From the NCBI GenBank assembly GCA_963816145.1, contig CAWFJP010000017.1:1-64000 (forward strand): DNA of 64,000 nt, given 5' to 3'. Of this stretch, positions 10,181-20,665 are shown piece after piece. The DNA comes from an uncultured delta proteobacterium. GTDB taxonomy: Bacteria > Desulfobacterota > Binatia > UBA9968. The notes under the pieces are model-generated. The model was not told where the DNA came from. It did no database searches and worked only from the letters and a program-made list of their open reading frames with translations. A program made the translations under genes and the position numbers. Each line of letters starts with the position of its first letter. Positions within the stretch are counted from its first letter, which is position 1.

Positions 10181-11170
10181 TCAATGATCATGTTTCTTCG
10201 CCAATCCGCCATGGCCCATCGCCATGATATCGGCACGGGAAATTTTCTCGCCAGCAAGCAAACGCGGCAGCAACGCATCAAAAGCGGTAAATGGATCGTG
10301 CAATACACACCCGGACAAACCCATGACTGGCGTATCGCCCAAATAGGCCATCACGAACATCGAACCGGGTAACACAGGGAAGCCATGAGTCTCCACTTTA
10401 GCGCCGCTGCGGCGTATGCCTTCCGGGGTTCTGTCGTCGGGATCCACGGACATGCCGCCACTGACGAGAATCACGTCGGCGCCCGCCTGCTTGGCATTTT
10501 TGATATGGCTGGCAATCACGTCAGGATCGTCTGGTGACAACTCCACTGAATCGACACTGGAACCCAGCTCGCCGACCTTTTTACTGACGATCGGGCCGAA
10601 ACCATCTTTGATTCTACCTGTAAAAACTTCGCTGCCGGTTACGACCAAGCGAACATGCTTCGCCGGCATCGCCAATACCCTGACAATCGGCCCATCCTTG
10701 CACAGCGCTTCAGCCTGTTGCACCAGTGACTCCTTGACAAGTACGGGGATGGTCCGGGTTCCTGCGACCACTGTGCCTTCTCTCACGAAGCGGTCGCCCG
10801 GAAGGGTCGCCATCATGAGATCGCCCAGGGAATTGAAGCGATAGAGTAGATCGACATCGACCTTCAGCAAACCGGATATGGCCGCCACCAGATTGATCCG
10901 ACCCTCACTCGGATCGGTTAATGTCAAATTCGTCCCAGCGGCCGCTTTGGCGAGGCGCCGCGCCGCGTCCTCTTCATGCAGCTCGTCTTTCTCCAACTCC
11001 ATCACGTAAATATTCGCTTTGCCGACATCGAGAAGCTTCGACACATCTTCCTGCCGAATAATGTGGCCGCGCCTGAAAGCCGGCCCCTTATGTTTGCCGG
11101 GAATGATTTCGGTAATGTCATGAGCTAGCGGCAATCCGACCGCCGCTTCGACTGGAATGACTTTCAACAT
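10181..11170 (-). CDS. Molybdopterin-binding (MoeA-like) protein
   Basis: HDITEI, TGSEV, GGMSVDPDD, PVLPGSM motifs; start at MLKVIP with a GAGGAG RBS. Confidence 0.85.
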   Translation of the reverse strand: MLKVIPVEAAVGLPLAHDITEIIPGKHKGPAFRRGHIIRQEDVSKLLDVGKANIYVMELEKDELHEEDAARRLAKAAAGTNLTLTDPSEGRINLVAAISGLLKVDVDLLYRFNSLGDLMMATLPGDRFVREGTVVAGTRTIPVLVKESLVQQAEALCKDGPIVRVLAMPAKHVRLVVTGSEVFTGRIKDGFGPIVSKKVGELGSSVDSVELSPDDPDVIASHIKNAKQAGADVILVSGGMSVDPDDRTPEGIRRSGAKVETHGFPVLPGSMFVMAYLGDTPVMGLSGCVLHDPFTAFDALLPRLLAGEKISRADIMAMGHGGLAKKHDH

Positions 11171-11267
11171 TATGAACGTCTCCTCGCTACCACTTCTAAT
11201 AAATCCGCGGTGATTTTTCCACCTACGGCTAGCTTTGTCCAGATGGCCTGTGCTATCAGCCGGGGCC

Positions 11268-12132
11268 ATGTCACTTGCAGTAGTCATCCGCTACTTTCTC
11301 TACCTTGGCACCTTTGGCTTTGGCGGACCTGTAGCGTTGGTGGGATTCATGCACCGCGATCTGGTCGATAGACAGAAGCGTATCAGCGAAGATACTTACA
11401 AGCTTTCGTTGGCACTCGCCCAGATCATGCCCGGGCCGTTGGCCGCGCAGACCGCCATCGCTATCGGTTATTTCGAAGGAGGAATCGCTGGTGCGACTTT
11501 GGGGTACGACTTTGGGCGGAATCGCTTTCGTTTTGCCTTGGCCGGTTCGATTTTAGCCATCGAAGCTTGGCTGCGACACTCCGGCGCTGGGGACGGATCG
11601 GCCAATGTGCTGACTCAAATTCTTTTGTTCTTCACCAAAGCAGACACCTTTGTTTTCGGTAGCGGGCTGGCGATCATTCCGTTTCTGCAGCAAGGCGTTG
11701 TGCAACAGTTTGGTTGGCTCAACGATAACCAGTTTCTCGACGCCGTCGCCGTGGCGATGATCACGACCGGGACCGGTCGTCATTACAGTAGTCTTCATCG
11801 GCTTCATCGTCGCCAGTCTGGCCGGTGCGGTGATGGCGGCCATCGGCATCTTTCTGCCGGTCTATTTATTCACCATCGTGCCCGCGCCGTGGTTCAAGCG
11901 CCACCGCGACAACCCGCAGCTCAAGGCCTTTGTCGATGGCGCCACCGCCGCGGCCACCGGGGCCATCACTGGCGCTGTGTTGGTTCTCGCTGCCCGGGCC
12001 ATTAAAGACGTTCCCACGGCGCTGATCGCCATCGTCAGTTTCGCGGCGCTTTGGCGCTACAAGATTCCCGAGCCGATCATTGTTTCAATCGCCGGCCTGG
12101 TCGGCTTGATTCTTTACCCGATACTTCACTAA
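11268..12132 (+). pseudogene. chrA: Degenerate chromate transporter (ChrA family) with internal deletion and frameshifts
   Basis: GFGGP, AQIMPGPLA and second-domain VFGSG / DAVAVAMIT(PGP) motifs split across frames; CGACTTTGGG duplication near 11495-11517; roughly 100 aa shorter than full-length ChrA. Confidence 0.75.
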
Positions 12133-12141
12133 GGTCAGCAA

Positions 12142-12582
12142 ATGAAGTGGGTCACACGCAAAAACATCCGCGTCAACCGAGTCGCTACCGGGTGGTTGAT
12201 TCGCCGCTTTGTCGATCCGCAAGCGGAATTTATTTTCGTCGAGCCGGCGGCAGTCGCCGCAGTTCAAAGCCGGGAAAATGCCAAGGGCTTCGACGCGCCG
12301 GGAGCGAGCTATCCGCACAAAGATGGTAAAGGCCGCTGCTCCTTCGAAGCGCTAGTCGACGAGCATTGTTCAGACGATTCCGCGTTAGTTGCAATGGCCG
12401 CCATGGTGCGCGGTGCCGACTTCGGCGAGGAAACTAACTTAACTGAAGAATCGGCCGGAATTAGAACGATCTCCCAAGGCTTTCCACTGGTTACCAACGA
12501 CGATTATGAGACCTTGGAAAAAGCTTCCTTTCTTTACGACGCGTTGTACGCGTCCATCAGAGCAAAGCAGCAAAATAGCTGA
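12142..12582 (+). CDS. Chromate resistance protein, ChrB C-terminal-type domain
   Basis: KWVTR..VNRVA..WLIRRFVDP.AEF, CSFEAL, YDALY motifs. Confidence 0.85.
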   Translation: MKWVTRKNIRVNRVATGWLIRRFVDPQAEFIFVEPAAVAAVQSRENAKGFDAPGASYPHKDGKGRCSFEALVDEHCSDDSALVAMAAMVRGADFGEETNLTEESAGIRTISQGFPLVTNDDYETLEKASFLYDALYASIRAKQQNS

Positions 12583-12584
12583 TC

Positions 12585-12618
12585 ACTGACCGCCGCGCGG
12601 GCGGGCAAGGCGGTCAGT
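12585..12618. terminator. Hairpin between convergent genes
   Basis: ACTGACCGCC / GGCGGTCAGT inverted repeat. Confidence 0.45.
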
Positions 12619-13993
12619 TGCTTGGGTCGTTCGGTGTTTTTGTACCCAAGTGTGAATCTATTTCTCGCCGGCCATTCACGGCACCCATAGCATCCTTGGA
12701 CATTACCAGCACCTTGTCGATCCGCTTGCCGTCCATATCGACGATCTCGAAGCGCAAGCCGCGCCATTCGAAGAATTCTGCCACCGCCGGTACTCGGCCC
12801 ATCTGAGTGAACACGAAACCGCCCAGGGTTTGGTAAGCATCGCGCTTTTCTCCCGGCAGCGTTTCGACATGAAAGATCTCTTTGAACTCCTCGATGCTCA
12901 ACATGCCATCGAGCAACCAAGAGCCGTCGTGCCGCTTGACCGCTTTCGGATCGGCCGGTTTTTCACCGATGGGGATGTCACCGGCGATCGCCTGAAGAAT
13001 GTCGTGATGGGTCAGCAATCCCTCGATACCGCCGTATTCATCGACAACCAAAGCGATGTGTTTGTTGGTTTGTTTGAATGATTCTAATAGTTCCAAGGCG
13101 GAAATCGTCCGCGGTACAAACAGCGGCTCCTGCATCAAGGTGTTGAGGTCGATCGGTTTATTGGCGAGGGCGAGCGCCAGCAAATCCTTAGCTTGAACGA
13201 TGCCGCTAACTTTATCGAGACTGCCGGCCGCGACCGGGAAGCGCGAACGGCCGCTCGCGCCGATCTTTGCGCGGATCTCTTCCATACTGCTTTCGAGGTC
13301 GAGCCAGGCGATTTGAGTCCTCGGCGTCATCAACGATCTGGCGGTTTTATCGCCGAGATGGAGCACGGCTTGAACCATATCCTCGGCCTCCTGTTGGAAA
13401 ATTCCGGCCCTGGCTCCTTGCTGCACCAGGTTTTTGATTTCCTCCTCGGTCACCGGCGGCTCCTGCGATTGCGTCTGACCGCAAAGGCGGCAAATCAGAT
13501 CGGTTGAAAGGCTCAATAAGTGCACCATCGGCGCCGATAGCCAAGCAAACCAACGCAGCGGCACTGCGACCCAGGTGGCGATGGATTCCGGATGGCGCAC
13601 GGCCAGCCGCTTGGGCACCAATTCGCCGATGACCAAGGAAAAGTAGGTAATGATAATAACGACCAAACCCAAACCAACTTCCTGATGATAAGTTCCAACG
13701 ATTGGAAGCGCGCTGATATACTCGGCCATAGATTCTGCCGCGCCGCGGCCGGCAAATGTGCCGATGAGGATACTCATGAGGGTAATGCCGATTTGAACCG
13801 ACGAGAGCAACTGATTGGGCGCTTGCGCCAGCTCCAGTGCCGCTCGCGCCCGGCTATTGCCTTTGTTGACCCAATCTTGCAGTCGCGACCTGCGTGCCGT
13901 AATCACCGCTATCTCCGACATGGCGAAAACACCATTGCCAAGGATTAGCAGAGCAATGAGTACAATCTCAAATTCGATGGACATTCGTTTCAC
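12614..13993 (-). CDS. HlyC/CorC family protein (DUF21-CBS-CorC)
   Basis: FAMSEIA, GELVPK, MTPR, VVDEYGG, TLGG, DGKRIDKV. Confidence 0.92.
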   Translation of the reverse strand: MKRMSIEFEIVLIALLILGNGVFAMSEIAVITARRSRLQDWVNKGNSRARAALELAQAPNQLLSSVQIGITLMSILIGTFAGRGAAESMAEYISALPIVGTYHQEVGLGLVVIIITYFSLVIGELVPKRLAVRHPESIATWVAVPLRWFAWLSAPMVHLLSLSTDLICRLCGQTQSQEPPVTEEEIKNLVQQGARAGIFQQEAEDMVQAVLHLGDKTARSLMTPRTQIAWLDLESSMEEIRAKIGASGRSRFPVAAGSLDKVSGIVQAKDLLALALANKPIDLNTLMQEPLFVPRTISALELLESFKQTNKHIALVVDEYGGIEGLLTHHDILQAIAGDIPIGEKPADPKAVKRHDGSWLLDGMLSIEEFKEIFHVETLPGEKRDAYQTLGGFVFTQMGRVPAVAEFFEWRGLRFEIVDMDGKRIDKVLVMSKDAMGAVNGRREIDSHLGTKTPNDPSN

Positions 13994-14212
13994 TCCTTGA
14001 GCCGTGACGCGAGAAATGCGTCAGGGAAATTCTATCTTGCTGTCGCCGTTAAACAAGCATGCCGCAATAATTGCCATTGAGCCGCAACAACGCGATTAGC
14101 TTTCACCTCTCGCCTGTGGCAGAAACCGGCGAATATGATTTCTGGTTATTAACGAACCTTTATTGAAACTGGCGGTAGGTAACGTCGAGATCGGGCGACG
14201 GCCTCCGCGCTC

Positions 14213-14252
14213 TTGACAGGCATCTACGATCTCATAATATCGGATTTCGATA
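14213..14252 (+). promoter_or_regulatory. Sigma70-type promoter overlapped by a candidate PadR operator
   Basis: TTGACA-N16-TAATAT followed by the palindrome TATCG-GATTT-CGATA just before the padR ATG at 14258. Confidence 0.6.
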
Positions 14253-14257
14253 ACGAA

Positions 14258-14596
14258 ATGCGGAAATCGACAAAAAGCCAGAAACAGGATCGACGTGATC
14301 AGGATCTCTACGCCGGCTTGATCCGCCTTCATATCCTGCACCACGCCTCGAAAGGTCCGGTTTTCGGTCTTTGGTTTATCGAGGAATTAGGGCGCCATGG
14401 CTACAAACTTAGTCCCGGGACACTGTATCCATTACTCCATGGACTTGAGCGCAAGGGATACCTCCGGTCGATCACCGAGAGATCAGGAAAAAGCGTACGC
14501 CGGATGTATCAGGTGACTCCGATGGGACACAGAGCATTGGTCGCTGCAAGAAAAAAGGTGAGCGAGCTTTTTGGCGAACTGCTCGAGGACCAATGA
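14258..14596 (+). CDS. PadR family transcriptional regulator
   Basis: LHILHHA..FGLW.IEEL..HGY.LSPGTLYPLLH.LE.KGYL winged helix. Confidence 0.9.
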   Translation: MRKSTKSQKQDRRDQDLYAGLIRLHILHHASKGPVFGLWFIEELGRHGYKLSPGTLYPLLHGLERKGYLRSITERSGKSVRRMYQVTPMGHRALVAARKKVSELFGELLEDQ

Positions 14597-14653
14597 GATG
14601 ACAGCGATTAAGCCTATCGATTCGACGAGTTCGACTCATCACGGAAGGATCAC

Positions 14654-15223
14654 ATGAAGCACGCGGCCTACTTGTTCTGTGGCTTGATACTCTGCGTAAT
14701 TTTGATCGTTGTTCTTTTCTTTCGAGTTCTTAGCTTGGAGAGTCGAGTCGGCAATTTGGGCGGGCCCAATGGCAGCGGACTTGCCGCACTGCAAGATTCT
14801 CTGAAGCGTATGCAAGCCGAACTCGCAACTGCAAAAGAATTAGCGCCTGGCTTGGGAGAGTTCATGACGACGATCCAACTGCACGCTGGCAAACTTTGGT
14901 TTGCCGCCAAGGCCGCGAATTGGGATCTGGCGCAATACGAACTGGACGAACTGAAGGAAACCATGGAATCGGCGAAGAGCCTCAATGCCGAAAAAAACGG
15001 CGTCAAAATTTCAAACGTTCTGGATTCAGTCCTACAGACCCAGGTCGCCGAGTTGGCTGAATCCATAAAGCGTCATAGTTCATCTCAGTTCCAGAAATCG
15101 TACGACGAGATGCTTAGCGCGTGCAACGGCTGCCACACCGAGTCGGGCCACAAGTTCATCCGTATTATTCGGCCAACCGTTCCAGCAGTTACCAATCAAC
15201 AGTGGGGGATGTCAGCAAAATAA
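14654..15223 (+). CDS. Membrane-anchored helical c-type cytochrome (cytochrome c'-like)
   Basis: N-terminal TM helix, PGLGEFM..Q.H..KLWF segment, single C-terminal CNGCH haem-binding motif. Confidence 0.6.
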   Translation: MKHAAYLFCGLILCVILIVVLFFRVLSLESRVGNLGGPNGSGLAALQDSLKRMQAELATAKELAPGLGEFMTTIQLHAGKLWFAAKAANWDLAQYELDELKETMESAKSLNAEKNGVKISNVLDSVLQTQVAELAESIKRHSSSQFQKSYDEMLSACNGCHTESGHKFIRIIRPTVPAVTNQQWGMSAK

Positions 15224-15256
15224 CCATGGGTCTGAATGAGATAAGCACAACGGCGC

Positions 15257-16498
15257 TTGGACATTATGATTGAACAAGATCAGGCCGCAACCGCGGAAGC
15301 ACTCGGTGACCAAACTCAGGGTTCATTTCTCGAAGTTCTCTGGGTCTCGACGCGACTGGGACTGACATCCTTCGGCGGGCCCATCGCGCATCTCGGTTAC
15401 TTCCATGAGGAATACGTCAAGCGCAGAAAGTGGATCGATGAACAAAGTTACGCCGATCTCGTCGCGCTCTGTCAGTTTTTGCCTGGGCCGGCCAGCAGTC
15501 AAGTTAGTATCGCCATTGGCATCGCCCGCGCCCGTCTGCTCGGCGGTATCGCGGCTTGGATCGGCTTCACGATGCCATCGACGCTCGCTCTCATCGCCTT
15601 CGCCTTCGGCATCGGCGCGCTTGCGAGTGCCGCCGACGCCGGATGGCTGCATGGCTTGAAAGTCGTGGCCGTGGCCGTCGTTGCGCAAGCCGTCTGGGGG
15701 ATGGCCCGTTCGCTCTGCCCGGATCGTGAACGAGCAACGATTGCCGTACTCGCTTCAATATTCACGCTGGCATGGCCCACCGCGGTTGGACAGCTTTCAT
15801 CGATTGCCATTGCCGGTGTTGTTGGCATAGCAATCTTTCCAGGACCGGCTTCTTCTTCACTTTCCCACATCCGCTTTCCCATTGGAAAAAAGACCGGAAT
15901 CGCTGCTTGGGCAATTTTTTTCGCGCTTCTCATTGGCTTACCTCTCCAGCGGCAGATACAGCCCAGCCATGCCTTAGAGGTTTTTGATAGTTTTTTTCGC
16001 GTCGGTTCATTGGTTTTCGGTGGCGGTCATGTCGTACTGCCGCTGCTTCAAACCGAAGTGGTCGGACCAGGTTGGCTCACCAACGAGCAGTTCGTCGCTG
16101 GCTATGGCGCTACTCAGGCTGTGCCTGGGCCGCTATTTACTTTCTCGGCGTATCTTGGTGCGGTTATGGGTCCCGAACCCAATGGATGGACGGGAGCATT
16201 CCTCGCCCTCGTGGCGATTTTTCTTCCATCCTTTCTATTGGTCGTCGGCGCGCTTCCTTTCTGGGATCTTCTTCGCGCAGTGCCGGTTTTCCAATCCGCT
16301 TTAAAAGGCATCAACGCAGCCGTAGTCGGCTTGCTGCTAACCGCGCTGTACAAGCCTGTGTGGACCAGCGCGATCCATGCACCCGCCGATTTTGGCCTCG
16401 GACTTATTGCGTTCGGCCTCTTGATGTTTTGGAAATTTCCCCCTTGGTTGGTGGTTATCCTGACGGCTCTCGGAGGAGAAGTGATAGCTCGCGTTTAA
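15257..16498 (+). CDS. chrA: Chromate efflux transporter ChrA
   Basis: SFGGP, CQFLPGPASSQ, VFGGGHVVLP, QAVPGP motifs; intact 413 aa. Confidence 0.93.
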   Translation: MDIMIEQDQAATAEALGDQTQGSFLEVLWVSTRLGLTSFGGPIAHLGYFHEEYVKRRKWIDEQSYADLVALCQFLPGPASSQVSIAIGIARARLLGGIAAWIGFTMPSTLALIAFAFGIGALASAADAGWLHGLKVVAVAVVAQAVWGMARSLCPDRERATIAVLASIFTLAWPTAVGQLSSIAIAGVVGIAIFPGPASSSLSHIRFPIGKKTGIAAWAIFFALLIGLPLQRQIQPSHALEVFDSFFRVGSLVFGGGHVVLPLLQTEVVGPGWLTNEQFVAGYGATQAVPGPLFTFSAYLGAVMGPEPNGWTGAFLALVAIFLPSFLLVVGALPFWDLLRAVPVFQSALKGINAAVVGLLLTALYKPVWTSAIHAPADFGLGLIAFGLLMFWKFPPWLVVILTALGGEVIARV

Positions 16499-16586
16499 AA
16501 CGAATCGGAGTGCTGCCTGATTTGCATTTGAGGACCTCAAAATCTGAGTTGTTGAAAACAATTTTCAAGCAATAAGGAGGAAATTT

Positions 16587-17015
16587 ATGAACGTAGAAAG
16601 TTTAGTCAATGATCTCAGCTTCCGTGTGCACCACACGATGCTGCCGGTGGCTGACCTCGACCGATCCGTCGCCTTCTACACACGCCTGCTTGGCATGAAG
16701 GTGAAGGAGCGGCACGCGAGCGAAGCTCGGCAGGTGAAAGTCGGTTTGGTCGGGTATGGTAACGAAGCGAGCGCGCCGTTCCTCGAATTGATTCAAGACA
16801 CCAGTGAGCGAGCGCCGACTCAGGTGACGCCAGCAAATATTCACATTGGCGTCGACACCAGTGATCTTCGGAAGCTCTGTAACGTCCTTGAAAAGGAAGG
16901 CGTAACGTTCATTCGCCCATTCAAGCAGCGGTCCGATGGGATGGGCTTTAGCGCGTGGGTCCGTGATCCGGACGGTCACGAGCTCGAGTTGGCGGAACGG
17001 CATCCGCGCACGTAA
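16587..17015 (+). CDS. VOC/glyoxalase family protein (lactoylglutathione lyase-like)
   Basis: HTML.V.DLDRS..FY..LLGM, LEL, DPDGHELEL. Confidence 0.85.
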   Translation: MNVESLVNDLSFRVHHTMLPVADLDRSVAFYTRLLGMKVKERHASEARQVKVGLVGYGNEASAPFLELIQDTSERAPTQVTPANIHIGVDTSDLRKLCNVLEKEGVTFIRPFKQRSDGMGFSAWVRDPDGHELELAERHPRT

Positions 17016-17090
17016 TTGGGGAGCGGGACAATCGGCACGGTTGTAGCAGTTTCTGGAATAGGCGCTGTCCGGAAACGGGAACCGATCCGG

Positions 17091-18327
17091 TCATCGGTCT
17101 AACTCTTCCGGCGGCTTCACATGGCGGAACACCGCGAATATCCACAGGTCGTAGACGATCTTGATGCCGCCGGCCAACAGGAACGGCAATCCCAGCGACG
17201 GCACCGCGAGGATCGCGCCGGTGAACAGCGGCGCGATCGCAGCGCCGACGTTGCGCGCGACGGAGAGCACACCGGCCGCCGCGGCGCGTTCATCACCATC
17301 GACGACGGCCATCGTGTAGGATTGGCGCGTCGGCACGTCCAGCTGTGATAGCAGATGGCGCAAGAGTAACACGGCGACGGCCCATTCAACGTTGGGCATC
17401 ACAGGCACCAGAAGAATCAGCAAATTCGACGGCAGATGGGTAAACACCATCGTGTTGAGCAAACCGAATCGGCGCGCCATCGCCGGCGCGGCGAGAAAGG
17501 ATAGAGCAGCGAAAATATTGGTGCCGAAAAAGATTCCGCCCAGGGCATTCAAATCCGTTCTGTAGCGCAGATAAAACCAGTAGGCGACGATACTCTGGAC
17601 GATGAATCCTCCGGCAAACGCATCGAGGGCAAACAGCCCGGCGAGCTTGGCCACCATGCCACGGGATTTTTGCAGACCGATTTTGCGTGCCGTCGGTTGG
17701 GATTTCTTGGTCGCTTCGACCGCGGGTGACAGCAGGGCAAACAGCACTGCCAGTAAAAGCGCCGAAGCGACGTAACCCCAGATTAGAAATCGATAGCCGG
17801 AGATCGCCCTAAGCGAAAGAAACGACGGCAGACCGACCGCCAACGCGCCGATGGCCCCAGCGAACGAACCGACTAGATTGTAAACGGAAAACACCGCAGT
17901 GCGGTTTCGATCGCTGGTGGTCTGCGGCAAGATCGCTTGCTCCAGGGATAGAAACGGCCCAACTTCTTTTCCCGAGGGACTGATGGTGCCGAAGATCGCC
18001 GCGAGTGTTAACAGTATCGGGTTGTCGCTCACAGCAAACGACCAACCGGCGAGCGCCATCAGCAGCGCGCCGACGATGAGCAAAGTCTTTCGGCCAAAGC
18101 TGTCGGCCATCGCGGTAATGATCATCGTCATCACCGCGCCGCCGGCAAGGGCTGCGGTGAAATATCCAACCGATCGCCGTCGGGCTTAAGCCGATGGCAT
18201 CGAGATAAAGCCCGAGAATAACCGAGAGAAATCCGTAGGCCAGCGAGCGTACACCGCAGGTAGCGAATAGCAACCAGCCATCGCGAGAGAGCGAGAATCC
18301 GATCAAGCGAGCAATGGGTTGGCTCAC
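17091..18327 (-). CDS. MFS transporter with a +1 frameshift near 18160 (probable sequence error)
   Basis: ADSFGRK motif A, SQLDVPTRQSY; N-terminus (GTG 18327, SQPIARL...) lies in another frame and is joined by removing one T from a TTT run. Confidence 0.8.
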
Positions 18328-19068
18328 CGTGAACTGCCGCTGCCCATGGAGTTCAGCCGTCCCCCATCGACCGGCAGGATCGAATTGGTGATATAGCTCG
18401 CCTTGTCTGACGCTAAGAAACACCGCGGCTTCGGCGACATCTTCCGGCTTGCCGATGCGGCGCAGCGGAATGATGTCGTACTCCGGTTTGCGGCTACCCA
18501 TGTCTTTCGAACCGATCGGCGTGCCGACGAGACCAGAGATGAGACCGTTCACGCGAACCGTCGGCGCCAAGTCTGCTGCGGCCTGTCGCGTCAGTGAATT
18601 GACCGCGCCTTTGGAGATCGAATACGCTGCGCCGCCGGGACTTGATCGCTCACCGGAGCCGGCCGAAATATTGATGATGCTGCCGTTACCTTGCGCCTTC
18701 ATCATCTTGCCGGCATGTTGAATACAAAGAAAATAACCGGTCAAGTTGATCGCCAGAATGCGGTTCCATTCCTCCAGCGTGATGTCGAGGATGCCGCCCT
18801 TGCTCGAATGGGCAACATTATTGACGAGAATGTCCAAGCCGCCATGTTTTGTCTTGATGTGATCGAACATCGCTTTTATTTGTTCGGCATTGGACACATC
18901 GGCGGCGAAACAATCGCCGCCGATCTCCTCGGCAACTTTTTTGGCGTCCGCTTCATGGCGCGATTGAACCACGACCTTTGCGCCTTCGCGGGCGAACGCC
19001 CGTGCAATAGCGAGGCCGATGTTGTGAGTTGAACCGGTGACCAACGCGATCTTGTCTTTGAGCAACAT
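18324..19068 (-). CDS. SDR family oxidoreductase with a +1 frameshift near 18418 (probable sequence error)
   Basis: TGSTHNIG, NNV, YSISK; removing one T restores FLASDKASYITNSILPVDGG and a stop overlapping the MFS GTG. Confidence 0.85.
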
Positions 19069-19205
19069 GACAAACTCCTTGGAAATTTGGAAATTCAGTA
19101 GCTATTCCAACCCTGAGTGGCGGGTAATAATCTTTGCCCTAGCGCTAATAGTGATCTCGCCGCTGCGTCTAACCCAGTAGAACCAATATACCGCAAGAAA
19201 CCGGA

Positions 19206-19499
19206 GTGAAGAAAATGTCCAACAGTAGAATTGTCCGCGCCGTCAGTCTCGGTTCGTCGATGGCAATTCTTCTTACTCTTGCCGCCTGCTCAAGCCAATC
19301 GATTAAATTGATTCACCCGCAAAGCGGCGCCACCGCCGAGTGCAGCGGCAACGGGTTCGCCATCGGTGCCAGTATCGCCGACGGAATTGTCGGCGGCTGC
19401 TCCCGTGCCTATGAAGAGCGTGGTTACGTCCCTCTGGATCAGCTCCAGCCGGACGATCGCGCCAGCCTGGAACGGCGCGGCTTGCTGCCTAAGAATTAG
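19206..19499 (+). CDS. Small hypothetical lipoprotein
   Basis: LAAC lipobox after a hydrophobic stretch; two further Cys. Confidence 0.6.
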   Translation: MKKMSNSRIVRAVSLGSSMAILLTLAACSSQSIKLIHPQSGATAECSGNGFAIGASIADGIVGGCSRAYEERGYVPLDQLQPDDRASLERRGLLPKN

Positions 19500-19549
19500 T
19501 GGCCGGCAATTTCGTCGGAACAGCAGTCAATTCACTCGGTGGCTGAGGA

Positions 19550-20560
19550 TCATCCGCCGAGCGAGATCATCTCGATTTTTTTATGGCTTTTGGGATCGTA
19601 GTTCGATGAGTTGAGCGCGGCCAAACGGTCCGCGGAATAACGGTCGCTACGGGCGGACCAGATTTTGCCGATGAACTCGCCGATCTCCTCGTCATTGGCG
19701 CCGCTGCGCAGCTGTGCCTTCAAGTCATGGCCGACATCGGAAAATAGGCAAGTCACGAATTTCCCGTCGGCGGTAATCCGCGATCGGGTGCAGCTCGAAC
19801 AAAACGGCTCGGTCACCGAAGCGATCACGCCGATGTCGCCCTGACCGTCGATGAATTCATAATCCACCGACGGCGCGCTGCCCTGGTCACGGCCGACTTC
19901 CCGCAACGGATAGCGCGAGTGGATCGTTTCAATGATTTGTTTTTTCGCAACCAATTTTGCCGATGTCCAGCTGTTCGCGTTGCCGACGTCCATGTACTCA
20001 ATAAAGCGCATGGCAAAACCGTTGGCTCGGCTGAACTCCACCAGCGGCAAGATGTCGTCGTCGTTGACGCCGCGCTCGATCACGGCGTTGAGTTTGATCG
20101 GCGCCAGTCCCGCTGACTTTGCGGCAAAAATCCCCTCAAGCACTTTGTCGAGATCGCCGCGCTTGGTCATGCGCTTGAACTTATCCCCATCCAACGTATC
20201 GATGCTGACATTCACCCGCTTGAGTCCGGCGCTGGCCAGGGCGCTCACTTGATCCGCCAAGAGCGCACCGTTGGTGGTCAAACAGAGGTCCTTGACTCCC
20301 TCCAGCTGTGAAAGTTTTTCGATCAACAAATGCAAATCCTGGCGCACCAGCGGCTCACCGCCGGTGAGGCGAATCTTGTCGACCCCGCGCTCAATAAATA
20401 ACTTGGCGATTCGTGCGATCTCTTCGAAGGTCAGGATTTCTTTCTTATTGATCCATTCGTACTGGTCCAGCGGCATACAGTAGGTGCAACGGAAGTTACA
20501 CCGGTCAGTGACCGAAATGCGCAGGTCTTTGACCGGTCGATTAAAGGCATCGATGACCAT
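19550..20560 (-). CDS. moaA: GTP 3',8-cyclase MoaA
   Basis: LRISVTDRCNFRCTYC radical SAM motif, FCSSC.R.R...C second cluster, C-terminal GG. Confidence 0.96.
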   Translation of the reverse strand: MVIDAFNRPVKDLRISVTDRCNFRCTYCMPLDQYEWINKKEILTFEEIARIAKLFIERGVDKIRLTGGEPLVRQDLHLLIEKLSQLEGVKDLCLTTNGALLADQVSALASAGLKRVNVSIDTLDGDKFKRMTKRGDLDKVLEGIFAAKSAGLAPIKLNAVIERGVNDDDILPLVEFSRANGFAMRFIEYMDVGNANSWTSAKLVAKKQIIETIHSRYPLREVGRDQGSAPSVDYEFIDGQGDIGVIASVTEPFCSSCTRSRITADGKFVTCLFSDVGHDLKAQLRSGANDEEIGEFIGKIWSARSDRYSADRLAALNSSNYDPKSHKKIEMISLGG

Positions 20561-20665
20561 CGCAGTAACTATGCAACAAAGGGGTAGGGGGTTCAAGCCA
20601 GCGGTTTTTTCTTTGGAAAATCATTGCTTTGCCGGATTTGACCGATCTGTTATCCTATTTGAGCA

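Noticed and set aside
12614-13993. Haemolysin as a virulence factor
   Set aside because: DUF21-CBS-CorC architecture indicates a Mg2+/Co2+ homeostasis protein.
17809-19068. Apparent 419-aa SDR-membrane protein fusion
   Set aside because: Produced by two +1 indels; correcting them gives a normal SDR and a separate MFS gene with a GTGA overlap.
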